Source of the DNA: a plasmid
Length of the DNA stretch: 64,000 bases
Strand: one strand, 5' to 3'
Sequence record: NZ_CP024444.1
Part shown: piece by piece, positions 8,109 to 17,887 of the stretch
Numbering within the stretch: position 1 is the first letter of the stretch
Layout: each line of letters opens with the position of its first letter
Translations under genes and position numbers: made by a program
Notes under the pieces: generated by a model
Told to the model about the DNA's origin: nothing
The model's database searches: none
What the model saw: the letters and a program-made list of their open reading frames with translations, nothing else

Positions 8109-10376
8109 ATGAGTACAGCAAACCAGTTATACAACCGCACCGTTGCCAAAAATACAACATTAGCGAAACGCCACTCCCATCAAAAGGGATATAACCACGA
8201 ACGATTGGCAATTCAAGCCCAAGAGTACGGTTATGATGTTAATGAAAATGGTCAACTTAAATACTATGTGGTCGGCACAGTTTTAAATTCAAGTGCCGAA
8301 AAAGAAGGACAGCTCACCAAAGACACAGCAAAAGTTTATTTGCGCAATGTCGATGAAGAGGTTGAATTTCGTCAAAAAACCAATAAACGCGACCCTAATC
8401 AGTTACGTGATACCACGGCGCGTTTTTTTAGAAACCGTGACATCAATGGTTCCTTGCAACGCCTTGCCGAGCAAAACGCTGAAATCTTGGTTTTTGATTA
8501 TCCCCGTGTTGAACAAGAGCAATTGTTTGTTGATGCCGATGGCAATAACAACAAGTTATTAACCGTGTCTGCAAAAACCGTTAAAAGCCGTCTTTATCAG
8601 CCCACCCAAGAAAAACGTCAACAACAGCAGCTAGACCGCATTCAAATTGCGGTTGAAGGGATGGCGAATATTGCCCTTAGCATGAATGCTAACAACGTGC
8701 CAAGAGCGCGTGTTGAGTTAATTGAAGGGGTTGATAGTATCGATATTCAGCCAAAGCAATACGATGAAAGAGGCAAAGTCGATACCAATTTTGCGGTCAC
8801 ACGCGAAAAGGTGGTTGGCTTATTTCGTCACGCCCTATCAGACAAAGAAACCCAAAATTACTTAATTCCTAACCAGTTTACACCTGTTGATAAAAACGGG
8901 GTTCAGTCGGTTCACAATGATGCTGAACGTACTGGCATGATGGTCATGGTATTAAAAGAAAACAACATCCAAGCCGATGGCACCGTCACACGCGACCCAT
9001 TGGACTTTACGGTTAAGATTTTCCCCGAACGTAAACCTAAATTTAAAGGTCGTGATAAAACAGGTCAAAGCGCATTTGTCAGCACGCCTGACGATCCGCT
9101 TGAAACCTTGACTAAAATCATGTCTTGCCAAGACAAACCCACCTTAGACTACGTTGCCTACCCCACTGACTCAAATTTTGAGCGTGCGTTTGCTCAAGAC
9201 GTCGCTCGCGTGGTATTAGGTCATGTGGCTGGTTATGCTACCGATGAAATCTACAACTCAAAAGGTCCTAATGTTGATTACGTGACTAGCCGAAACCCAG
9301 CGGCTAAAGCGACTTTGTCTGACTTGGCTAAAAAGCTTCAAGAAGGCAATGTATCAGTGGATTTAATTTCAGGTCGTAAATTCGATTTGTATTTACACGC
9401 CCAAGATTACATCACTGACCATTTAAAGCCTGCCTATTTTGAAGCTTACCCTGATTTAAAAACCAACCATGATTTATCAACCAAAAAACCTGATACGTCA
9501 TTGGCAGGCTATACCGTGTTTAGTAAAAACCAAAGTGGTGAATACGAATACACTGAAGCCCGTCACAAATTTGCACCAACCTTATTATTGCTCTCACCCA
9601 TTACCCAAGAACGTGATGCCAATAATGAAAAATTAACTGCCTCACCAGGTACGTTGTTGGTACAAGACGCTTTTTCAATAAATTTACGCGGTCCTCGCCC
9701 TGACGAGTCATGCTACTACGAAGAGATTGCTGAATTTATTCAGCAAAATCCACACAATCTAGCTACTCGTGGTCGTGTGTCTTATATGGACCCAAGCCAC
9801 CCCGGACCAAACCCCATGTTGGTCAATAAAGCGATTATGCAATATTTAAACGAAAATCCCTTGCATAAGTCTGCCGATGCTGCAGAACAGGCTTTTGAAC
9901 AGCGTAAACAACAAGAACAGGTTCATGAAGTGGCACCTGTAAGCCCAACTACCAATGCACCAATGACTACCGCCCCAATCACGCCTGCGCCTGACCGTGA
10001 AACTACCTTTAATCACTTAAACAACTTGTTTGAGCAGATTGATAAAAAACAGACCACTGCCAATGATGTGGCGCAAGAGGCAACCTCTACTAGCACGGCA
10101 GTTGGCGAGGCGGTGGTTTCGCACCCAAAGCCCAAACCCGATATCAAAACATCCCTACAAGGCTTGCTTAAAGATATCAAGGCGCAAAAAGACCGAGCCA
10201 CGGTATTGTCTGAAAACGTCGGTGAGCTGATCCAAAAAGAACAGCAACACAACGAGCATTACAATACCAATTCAATCCGTGATGTAACAGCGACTAAGCC
10301 AAACACGCCAGCTGTTACCCATGAGCAAAACGTCGACGTCCCGTATACTATGCCAACGAGCGACCTTGAGCCTTAA
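8109..10376 (+). CDS. large hypothetical protein (755 aa), first gene of the unidirectional ORFan cluster
   Basis: Long ORF with a good RBS (AAAGGTAG). Codon usage is coherent with its neighbours. No signal peptide, TM helix, Walker or other catalytic motif was recognised. Confidence 0.6.
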   Translation: MSTANQLYNRTVAKNTTLAKRHSHQKGYNHERLAIQAQEYGYDVNENGQLKYYVVGTVLNSSAEKEGQLTKDTAKVYLRNVDEEVEFRQKTNKRDPNQLRDTTARFFRNRDINGSLQRLAEQNAEILVFDYPRVEQEQLFVDADGNNNKLLTVSAKTVKSRLYQPTQEKRQQQQLDRIQIAVEGMANIALSMNANNVPRARVELIEGVDSIDIQPKQYDERGKVDTNFAVTREKVVGLFRHALSDKETQNYLIPNQFTPVDKNGVQSVHNDAERTGMMVMVLKENNIQADGTVTRDPLDFTVKIFPERKPKFKGRDKTGQSAFVSTPDDPLETLTKIMSCQDKPTLDYVAYPTDSNFERAFAQDVARVVLGHVAGYATDEIYNSKGPNVDYVTSRNPAAKATLSDLAKKLQEGNVSVDLISGRKFDLYLHAQDYITDHLKPAYFEAYPDLKTNHDLSTKKPDTSLAGYTVFSKNQSGEYEYTEARHKFAPTLLLLSPITQERDANNEKLTASPGTLLVQDAFSINLRGPRPDESCYYEEIAEFIQQNPHNLATRGRVSYMDPSHPGPNPMLVNKAIMQYLNENPLHKSADAAEQAFEQRKQQEQVHEVAPVSPTTNAPMTTAPITPAPDRETTFNHLNNLFEQIDKKQTTANDVAQEATSTSTAVGEAVVSHPKPKPDIKTSLQGLLKDIKAQKDRATVLSENVGELIQKEQQHNEHYNTNSIRDVTATKPNTPAVTHEQNVDVPYTMPTSDLEP

Positions 10377-10455
10377 TATATTGTGACACCAATGGCTATT
10401 AGTTCCCTCTAATAGCCATTTTCCACACACAATAACCACGAATTGAATTTAGGTT

Positions 10456-13182
10456 ATGCTTATGACGCAATCATCAACGACTGCGACGCTAAACCAGCCC
10501 ATCAATTGGCCTGCATTGGATATGTACGGCATCTATATCATGATGCGTTCATTTTCCAATGAATACGGCTTTTATCATGACGAGAATGATCTAAACGATA
10601 AACAAGTCATGACTTTGTTGGTGCTTGATACCAAGCGTGTAATACAACCGCAGTATTTAAAAATCACCCAATTGCATCCCTTGTACATTCCAAGCGATGC
10701 AAGCTTGCCAGCCTTGTATGTGTTTTACCAAACCGAGCAAGGTCTTAATACCGACTATGAATTTAGTCCCAATAAGCTATTAAAATACTTACGCATTGCT
10801 GATAGTGTGCCGTTTAAAACCACCACCAAACGCCAAGAGATACAGCTGTTTAAACAAAAGCTGTTACCGATACGCACCTTTGTCAAAAATCGCTTGGAAA
10901 GTTCAGTGTTACTGGCATTTAACCATCGAGGTGAGGCGGTCTACCAATCAACCTTTGGACGCTTTTATCAAGCCTGTGACAATGACAAGTTGCAACGTCA
11001 TGCTGCAACCGATGCCAATGCTGACTTTTTGTATGCCATTAACGCTAGGCTTAACAAGACCAACAAAATCAATGAGAGCGCACTGCAGCTGTGTGCTTAT
11101 GCTTATTTAAGCTATAACCCAACTTTGCATAGCAAACAAGGCTTTCAGCGGTTTTGTGAGATTATATTTTCAAGCTTCAAGTTGCCAAGTGTTTATAAAA
11201 CCCACGCTGATATCGCTGGCGTGATTGTTGAAAATTTAAACCAACCGCCGTTGCAATTTTCTAACATCCCGTTAGAGTACGTTGAAGCTTTCCATCAAGC
11301 GGTGCTATTTGAGCAGTTTAAACTTGCTTTAGCTGCCATCGATGAACAAGCCCATCCAGCGCGACTGTCGTATCGTTTATTTAGACAGTTATTGTCGAAT
11401 AACGAGCACTTTGCCAATCATTATGATTTTACCCAAATCAACTACCAACGTGCCTCTCTACCCATGCCAATGGCTTATTTGTTGGGTCATTTATTGCATG
11501 CTGACTATGAGCAAGTCAGTAGCAACCCCACCAAGCCTGCCTTGTACTCACCCTCTTGTTTAAATGGCTCGTTATTACTGATATCGATACTCGCCTGTGA
11601 CAACCTGTTTTTAAATGAGCCTGATATCAGTTACGGACAATCACTAAGGGGGCTTAATCAATTAGCGCATAAGCCCAAAGTGCATATCAGCCATGACCCA
11701 TTTGAGCGTTTGCGTGGCTTATTAAGTGATGATAAGCCAGCCTACAGCTCGGCAATTTTGCCATCCGGTCACGCCCTATTTAATGAAGTTATCCCGTTTG
11801 TTGATGCAACGGACAACTATCACCTAAATATTAGTACCACGCGCTTAGACCAGCAATATGCCATTAACTGCCTAACCCAGCGTGATCCAAACGGGCGTAC
11901 TGTGCTAGTCGGTCCGGTAGACGATAATCGCGATGCCGGGCGCATAAATGATAGTTCAGTGGCGTTTTTAAGGTTTCTACAGGCTTATTATCAAGACGTT
12001 ACTGTGGTGGATATTGCCGCCTCTATGCTGGCATCAACGGGCTTTAACACGCCCATACGGTTATATGTTATTGGGCAGGCAAAAACCAAACCTTATTCGC
12101 TACAAGAGCTTAAACAGCGTTGTTATCACATCGATGCCTTATTGCAATTACCCGTTATTCAAAGCTACTATCAATTATTTGATTTAACAGGTGCCTTACT
12201 TGCGATTGAAAAAAATAAACGCAATCCGCTTGAGCTTGCCATGCAAATAAGCCAGCTTACCCATTTAGATGCCACCGTCCCATTAAATCTAGCCTACGAT
12301 AAACAATGGCTTGAGCAAGTATTGGTGAATGACACCACCCAAGTAGCACTGCCAACCACCAGCAACCTTGCCAGCCAAACCGCAACCTCGGGTAGTACCA
12401 ATAAATTAGTGGACTTGCTAAAATCCAATAGTAAATTAACCCCAACGACCGAAGACGCAACGGCTAAAAAAGCAGACGGTGAAACCGACCCACCCATCCC
12501 TGAACTTACGCCACCGCACGAACATGCCACGCATAAACCTGTTGTGGCAGATGACGAGTTGACAAAGCAGCCTGATACACCCGTTAGCACCGATAGCGAC
12601 AAGTCTGAAGGTGACGATAACAATACTGACAATCCAGTACAGACGACTGACGCCACAACCAAAAAAGGCACCAAAAAATCTACCCGTGGCGGCACTTCGC
12701 GCAAAAAAGCGGTGGCAACTACCGATGAAGCGGTTAGCGAAAACACGCCTAGTGACAACACAGTTAGTGATGCAATAACCAATGAGGATAAATCGAGTGA
12801 CGAAACAGCCAATGATGATGATAAAGCGGCATTGGTGGCAGATGCCTCACTGATTTCAGCGACGGACAATGCCGATGAAACCGACGCAGCGGATAAAACA
12901 CGCGATGACAAGGCGCAATCTGACACACCGAACGAACAGCCAGCGCAAGCGCAGGATGGTTTTGAAGACGATAACACCGATGAACTTGTAATAAGTGCTG
13001 AATTAAACGATGAAAGCGATAGAGCTGCGCAAGATAAACTCGCGCATCTTGTCGAAATCGATGAAGATGAATTTACTAAACCCGATCTAAAAGAATTGAC
13101 TGGCGATGATGATTTTTTACAAAGTGTCGACGATGATGAACTTAGCCTAGATGATATCGATTTTTCGGGTTTACTTGACTAG
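10456..13182 (+). CDS. large hypothetical protein (908 aa) with an about 250-aa acidic disordered C-terminal tail
   Basis: Long ORF. The C-terminal third is D/E/T/S-rich and ends with DDDELSLDDIDFSGLLD. No recognisable enzymatic motif. Confidence 0.6.
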   Translation: MLMTQSSTTATLNQPINWPALDMYGIYIMMRSFSNEYGFYHDENDLNDKQVMTLLVLDTKRVIQPQYLKITQLHPLYIPSDASLPALYVFYQTEQGLNTDYEFSPNKLLKYLRIADSVPFKTTTKRQEIQLFKQKLLPIRTFVKNRLESSVLLAFNHRGEAVYQSTFGRFYQACDNDKLQRHAATDANADFLYAINARLNKTNKINESALQLCAYAYLSYNPTLHSKQGFQRFCEIIFSSFKLPSVYKTHADIAGVIVENLNQPPLQFSNIPLEYVEAFHQAVLFEQFKLALAAIDEQAHPARLSYRLFRQLLSNNEHFANHYDFTQINYQRASLPMPMAYLLGHLLHADYEQVSSNPTKPALYSPSCLNGSLLLISILACDNLFLNEPDISYGQSLRGLNQLAHKPKVHISHDPFERLRGLLSDDKPAYSSAILPSGHALFNEVIPFVDATDNYHLNISTTRLDQQYAINCLTQRDPNGRTVLVGPVDDNRDAGRINDSSVAFLRFLQAYYQDVTVVDIAASMLASTGFNTPIRLYVIGQAKTKPYSLQELKQRCYHIDALLQLPVIQSYYQLFDLTGALLAIEKNKRNPLELAMQISQLTHLDATVPLNLAYDKQWLEQVLVNDTTQVALPTTSNLASQTATSGSTNKLVDLLKSNSKLTPTTEDATAKKADGETDPPIPELTPPHEHATHKPVVADDELTKQPDTPVSTDSDKSEGDDNNTDNPVQTTDATTKKGTKKSTRGGTSRKKAVATTDEAVSENTPSDNTVSDAITNEDKSSDETANDDDKAALVADASLISATDNADETDAADKTRDDKAQSDTPNEQPAQAQDGFEDDNTDELVISAELNDESDRAAQDKLAHLVEIDEDEFTKPDLKELTGDDDFLQSVDDDELSLDDIDFSGLLD

Positions 13183-13242
13183 GCATAACCTAGTAATAAC
13201 CACGCCCACGTAGGTAATGATGGGCATTTTAAGAGATAGCGA

Positions 13243-16200
13243 ATGACAACAACGACACCAACCACTGCATTGGTGACCGCTAACGCATTTGATGCTGGCG
13301 TGTTTTTAGACCAAAGCACCACAAGCCCAACGTACCATTGGGTATCACCGCATGCCTCCGCCAAACTTACCCAAGCCATTATTACGGCTCAAAATGAATA
13401 TTATCTTGCCCATAAAGATGACGTGATAGACCCACGCCAGTTAAGCCAGCAGCGTCCCTTGCTTGCCGTGGAAAGTTTGCTGATATGTGCTGTGATATCA
13501 GATAGTCTTGATAACAACGGCAAGTTTGAAATCATCCGTTTGTTTGACTATCAAAACATCATGGATTGTTTAGTGGCTATCACTGAAATTTTCTCGGCGA
13601 CGCCCTATGTGTTGTCATTGTTTAGCTTGCACAACCAAGCTGCCCAGCGCACCACCGAGCAGCTCATTGACCTAATTGAAGCCGCTGAAATCGATCTTGC
13701 CTATCAATTAAAAAAATTTAAGCACCGACAAGACGATGCCTTTGGTGTCACTAAACTATGGCAATTGATTGGCTATATTGTTCAGCAGCTTGCCCATCAT
13801 CAGCGGTTAACTGCCATCCGTTATAGTGAAACCAACCCACTGTTAGCCGAGCAAACCCTTGCCGTGTTTGAATGGTACCAAGCCATTGGTGATGATTTTC
13901 ATGACAATACCATTGCGTTTTTAACCGATTACCGCCAACAAACCCAAGGTATTGCCTTAACCAAGCAACAGGTCAGCCAATTAACCCAATTCCAAAATCA
14001 ACGCCTAACCGAGTTATTAGGACCGCCTAAATTAAGTGAGCAACAGCAGTTACGCGAAGACATGGCAATCCAATACAGCAACCATCAACTGCAACACACA
14101 GAAGGTTATACAGGGGCTTATCTTGAGCAAGATGATAGTTATCCAATGGAACGCTATACCACCCATTCTCGCTTAAATGAGAGCCATTCAGTATTGCCAC
14201 AGCTGTATAAAGAACCACAGGAGGTAATGCTTGAGCGTATCGAGAATGCCTTACAAAGCCGCCTAACCACGCCTGTCAATTCACGCCAATTTGCAAGCAT
14301 ACTTGATGGGTGTGTGGCTATGCGATTAGGTAAAGATAGTAACCAATCGCTACTAGCCCACGGCTATCATGCCTCATTGATGGATGCGCTGGGTGTATTG
14401 AGCTACCTAATTGATGCCCCCGATACCAAACATGGTTTATGGGTGTTAGATGACGTGTCGTTACAAAACCAAGTGATTGCCAATGCCATTTATTTAGGGC
14501 TAAAAAAGCACACTAAGTTGTCACTGCACCTGCCATCACAAGCCGCCTTTGACCCGATTATCACAAGCTATCACGCTTTTTTTGGTAAAGTCGACTTTAC
14601 GCATGCTTGGCATGATGAATTTTACTATGTCAGTATTGAGCGCACCGCCCATATCACGCCTACCAAGCCTAGCATCACGCCAGTCTTTACCCGGCATGAT
14701 AACGATGAATGGGCTGGCTTGATTGTAGAAAATAGTAAAAATGTAACGCGAGCACCGTTACTGCCAAAAACCAAAGTCGATCAAGCCATTGATTGGTTAG
14801 TGGGTAATTTTGCCAGTAAAGACGCACCGCCAGACCTTGACCCGGTGATTGATATGCCACCACTTTGTTTGGTGGTATTGACCAATCCGTCAAGCACACA
14901 AGATGGCTATCAAGCTTTGCTTGCCCAGCTAATGACCGCGCTTAGTTACCCATTGCCACAAACCTTTGTGATTGCCAGTCGCATTGCCCATATCGATCCG
15001 GTATTGGGACTATTACTATCGACCGACGAGCTTGCCCAAACCCAAAAACGCCAAGCGATACTGACCAAACGCCCGTGGCTGCGTAGCCAAGCCTTATTAA
15101 GCCTTTATCAAGATAACCGCCTGTTTGTCCTGCAGCATAAACAAGCACCGATTAACCTTGTCAGCTTTGCAACCAACCATCAACAGACCGCCAGTCATTT
15201 AGCCACCAACCTGTTTAGTAGCATTGCTGAAATGATGGGGCAACTTCAGTTATTGTGTCGCCAAATTGCCATTATCACCAGTTTTCACACCCAACAGCAT
15301 TGTCATTCCGTGTTTGCAAGCCTGCCAATCGCCAAAGTATTATCCATTATTGAGCCTAACTTAAACCTGGCAGCGTTGTTAAAACAAACCTTGGATATGC
15401 TCGCCAATGGCCAGCTACCCTATATTGTAGTGACTGACTCTGCACCACTGCTTGACTTATATGTTCGCGTCAAAACCTTTGAGCATTACAACTTTGATGC
15501 CACCGCCCCAGCGACTCAAATTGACAATTATATCAATCAAGCGGTTCCGGTGAATTTTCCGACCGTGCGTGAATTGTTGTTGCTATTGGTCAATACCCTA
15601 CCTTTGATGTTTTATCACAAAAACGACAAAGTCCACTACATTGATGTCGCGAATAAAGATAATATTGAGCTTATGTCGCTTGAAGACTATTATCACACCT
15701 TAAGCGTATTAACCCAACAGCTCACCCAATTGCTTCAAGAACCATCTTTGCCCGACATTCCGCTGTTACCAGCGCATGCCATTAACTTTCAAATGTCACG
15801 TTATGGCTATCGGTTTTTGCAAGTCGACAAGCTTAATTTTACGTTGACTCCCAACAATCTATCAGCTGATAGCAAATGGTCAGTACAGCGCACCACACCC
15901 ACCACCCTAGCCCTGAATGCCGATGCCATTAACATCGGTGAATTTGATGGCGTGATTGTGGAGGAAAACTGCTTGATTGATAGCTATTTCACCAAACCTT
16001 CGCTAAATCGCTTGTATCAAATATTGCTGCCGCAAAGCTTAAACCAGCTAGAGAGTTATCGGCTATTGGGTCAGTTTCAAAATCCCAACCCACTGGCGGT
16101 TTATCACTACTTTTCGCACACGCCAGTCAAGGCGTTACTGCAAGCTTACTTAACCGCCAAGTCAAAAACCCAATCAACTTTTACGATGCCACACACCGAC

Positions 16201-17739
16201 GGGGATAGGCGTTTTATTATTCAGCATGTGCAGTCGGCTTTAAGCATTGATTATCTAACTACCCAAATCAACCTATATAAAATCTCACCCGTTAAGCCAC
16301 CTGTGTCTGTGTATCAAGCATTTATTTCGCTATCCACCTTATCGATTACCCAACAAACCACGATTTTGGATAACTGGTATCAGTTTTTGCAAGTGGGTAT
16401 TCAGCAAATACCTTATCAGCCACAGCGATTGGTTTACGATTTACATGCCGTGTTTACCCACCGCCAAAGCTTAGAAAAACCTTTTGGCCACATGGACAAT
16501 CATGAGTTGTTTTTTAAGCTTGATTACACGCCAATCAGTGCATCCGATATCATGGCAAAAACCCTGCATTATCTTGATGAAAATATCGAGCAGATCACCC
16601 AAATGGTTAAACAGCATATTCACTATGAAGACTGGCTGGCAAGCTATGGTAATCAAAACACCAACCCTGAAGCGATGTATTTTTTAGAATTGTCAGAATT
16701 TGAGCAACTGCTGTATATTTATAAAAAACGCATTGCCAATTTACCGTATCGCGGCATGGCAGCCGCCTTGTTGACTGCGATTGAACAGTTGCCAAGCCAT
16801 GTACGCAGTCAGTTAAATAGCTTGCCTGATTTTAAACAGGCCATGCATGGTATGTTCGACAACCCAAATGCCGTGCCTTTTTTGGTGAATTTATTGGATG
16901 AACATTTAACAGGTTTTGAGCATACCACCGCACTACGCTGGCAAGTTGATAGCTATGTACTGTTGTCAATGCATCTACAAAACATTGAACAGTATCATGC
17001 CTATAAGCAGCATAACCCTAACAAGCCAGTGGACGCGAATTTAAACCTATGGGTGACCGCTACCCAGCTGACACCAAGCCAGCCATACCAGCAAGCCATT
17101 ATCGAACATCGTCAAAACCCGTATGATGGCTTAACAGCCCATCCATTACTAGCCAAGTTGTCCCATGCCAAAGCCAATTTACTAAAATCGGCACTACGAA
17201 ACCATGTCATCTTTACAGTAGGTTATAAGCTACCATCGATGGACATCACCTGTTTTAGCCCAACAAGCATGACTAGCTATCTTGCTTTTGTGGGTCAAGA
17301 CCAACAAGAACCCGATGTGATTAGTGATATTCGTCATTTATGCCAAAAAAGTGATGAAGAGCAATTTACCTATCAACAAAGCTTATTAACCCTGCAATAT
17401 GCCAACAAGCAAAATACCCAAGATGCGTTGGCGTGTGTGCATGAGGGTATCAATTTTGCACCGACTGACCCATTAACTTTGGTAGCCACCAACCAATATG
17501 AATTAGGTTTCCCAGCATCTTTATTCCACGGTGAGCCCATAAACACCAAGCAGCTAACCCACGCGTTTGCTGGATATAGCCCTTATCATGGCTTGGTTAA
17601 TCTTTGGGTCAGTATAGCCGACTTGCCCACCATGCTATCGCAATACCCATTAGATGATGAAGTGCTCACAGACCCATTGGCGGAATTTAATTTCACCAAC
17701 CTAGAGGGACAACCGTTTTATGCATGGCGAGCATGGTAA
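13243..17739 (+). CDS. giant hypothetical protein (1498 aa)
   Basis: Uninterrupted 4.5-kb ORF with RBS AGAGA. No TM helix, signal peptide or nucleotide-binding motif was found by eye. Confidence 0.6.
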   Translation: MTTTTPTTALVTANAFDAGVFLDQSTTSPTYHWVSPHASAKLTQAIITAQNEYYLAHKDDVIDPRQLSQQRPLLAVESLLICAVISDSLDNNGKFEIIRLFDYQNIMDCLVAITEIFSATPYVLSLFSLHNQAAQRTTEQLIDLIEAAEIDLAYQLKKFKHRQDDAFGVTKLWQLIGYIVQQLAHHQRLTAIRYSETNPLLAEQTLAVFEWYQAIGDDFHDNTIAFLTDYRQQTQGIALTKQQVSQLTQFQNQRLTELLGPPKLSEQQQLREDMAIQYSNHQLQHTEGYTGAYLEQDDSYPMERYTTHSRLNESHSVLPQLYKEPQEVMLERIENALQSRLTTPVNSRQFASILDGCVAMRLGKDSNQSLLAHGYHASLMDALGVLSYLIDAPDTKHGLWVLDDVSLQNQVIANAIYLGLKKHTKLSLHLPSQAAFDPIITSYHAFFGKVDFTHAWHDEFYYVSIERTAHITPTKPSITPVFTRHDNDEWAGLIVENSKNVTRAPLLPKTKVDQAIDWLVGNFASKDAPPDLDPVIDMPPLCLVVLTNPSSTQDGYQALLAQLMTALSYPLPQTFVIASRIAHIDPVLGLLLSTDELAQTQKRQAILTKRPWLRSQALLSLYQDNRLFVLQHKQAPINLVSFATNHQQTASHLATNLFSSIAEMMGQLQLLCRQIAIITSFHTQQHCHSVFASLPIAKVLSIIEPNLNLAALLKQTLDMLANGQLPYIVVTDSAPLLDLYVRVKTFEHYNFDATAPATQIDNYINQAVPVNFPTVRELLLLLVNTLPLMFYHKNDKVHYIDVANKDNIELMSLEDYYHTLSVLTQQLTQLLQEPSLPDIPLLPAHAINFQMSRYGYRFLQVDKLNFTLTPNNLSADSKWSVQRTTPTTLALNADAINIGEFDGVIVEENCLIDSYFTKPSLNRLYQILLPQSLNQLESYRLLGQFQNPNPLAVYHYFSHTPVKALLQAYLTAKSKTQSTFTMPHTDGDRRFIIQHVQSALSIDYLTTQINLYKISPVKPPVSVYQAFISLSTLSITQQTTILDNWYQFLQVGIQQIPYQPQRLVYDLHAVFTHRQSLEKPFGHMDNHELFFKLDYTPISASDIMAKTLHYLDENIEQITQMVKQHIHYEDWLASYGNQNTNPEAMYFLELSEFEQLLYIYKKRIANLPYRGMAAALLTAIEQLPSHVRSQLNSLPDFKQAMHGMFDNPNAVPFLVNLLDEHLTGFEHTTALRWQVDSYVLLSMHLQNIEQYHAYKQHNPNKPVDANLNLWVTATQLTPSQPYQQAIIEHRQNPYDGLTAHPLLAKLSHAKANLLKSALRNHVIFTVGYKLPSMDITCFSPTSMTSYLAFVGQDQQEPDVISDIRHLCQKSDEEQFTYQQSLLTLQYANKQNTQDALACVHEGINFAPTDPLTLVATNQYELGFPASLFHGEPINTKQLTHAFAGYSPYHGLVNLWVSIADLPTMLSQYPLDDEVLTDPLAEFNFTNLEGQPFYAWRAW

Positions 17740-17887
17740 AAAATAAGCAAATATATGTTTGAAATTTAGGATATTTTACTCTATTGTTAACTGCGTATAG
17801 TTTGGGGTTTTAGGCAAAATTCCAACTCAAACTTAATCGCATCACAGCGATTACCTTAATTATTAGCGAATGATAAAGAGAACGGTT

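Noticed and set aside
12294-12977. 227-aa antisense ORF, Ser/Ala/Val-rich, inside the 908-aa gene
   Set aside because: It lies opposite the acidic low-complexity tail of the 908-aa gene. The composition mirrors the codons of that tail, there is no RBS, and it is an antisense artefact of repeat-rich coding sequence.
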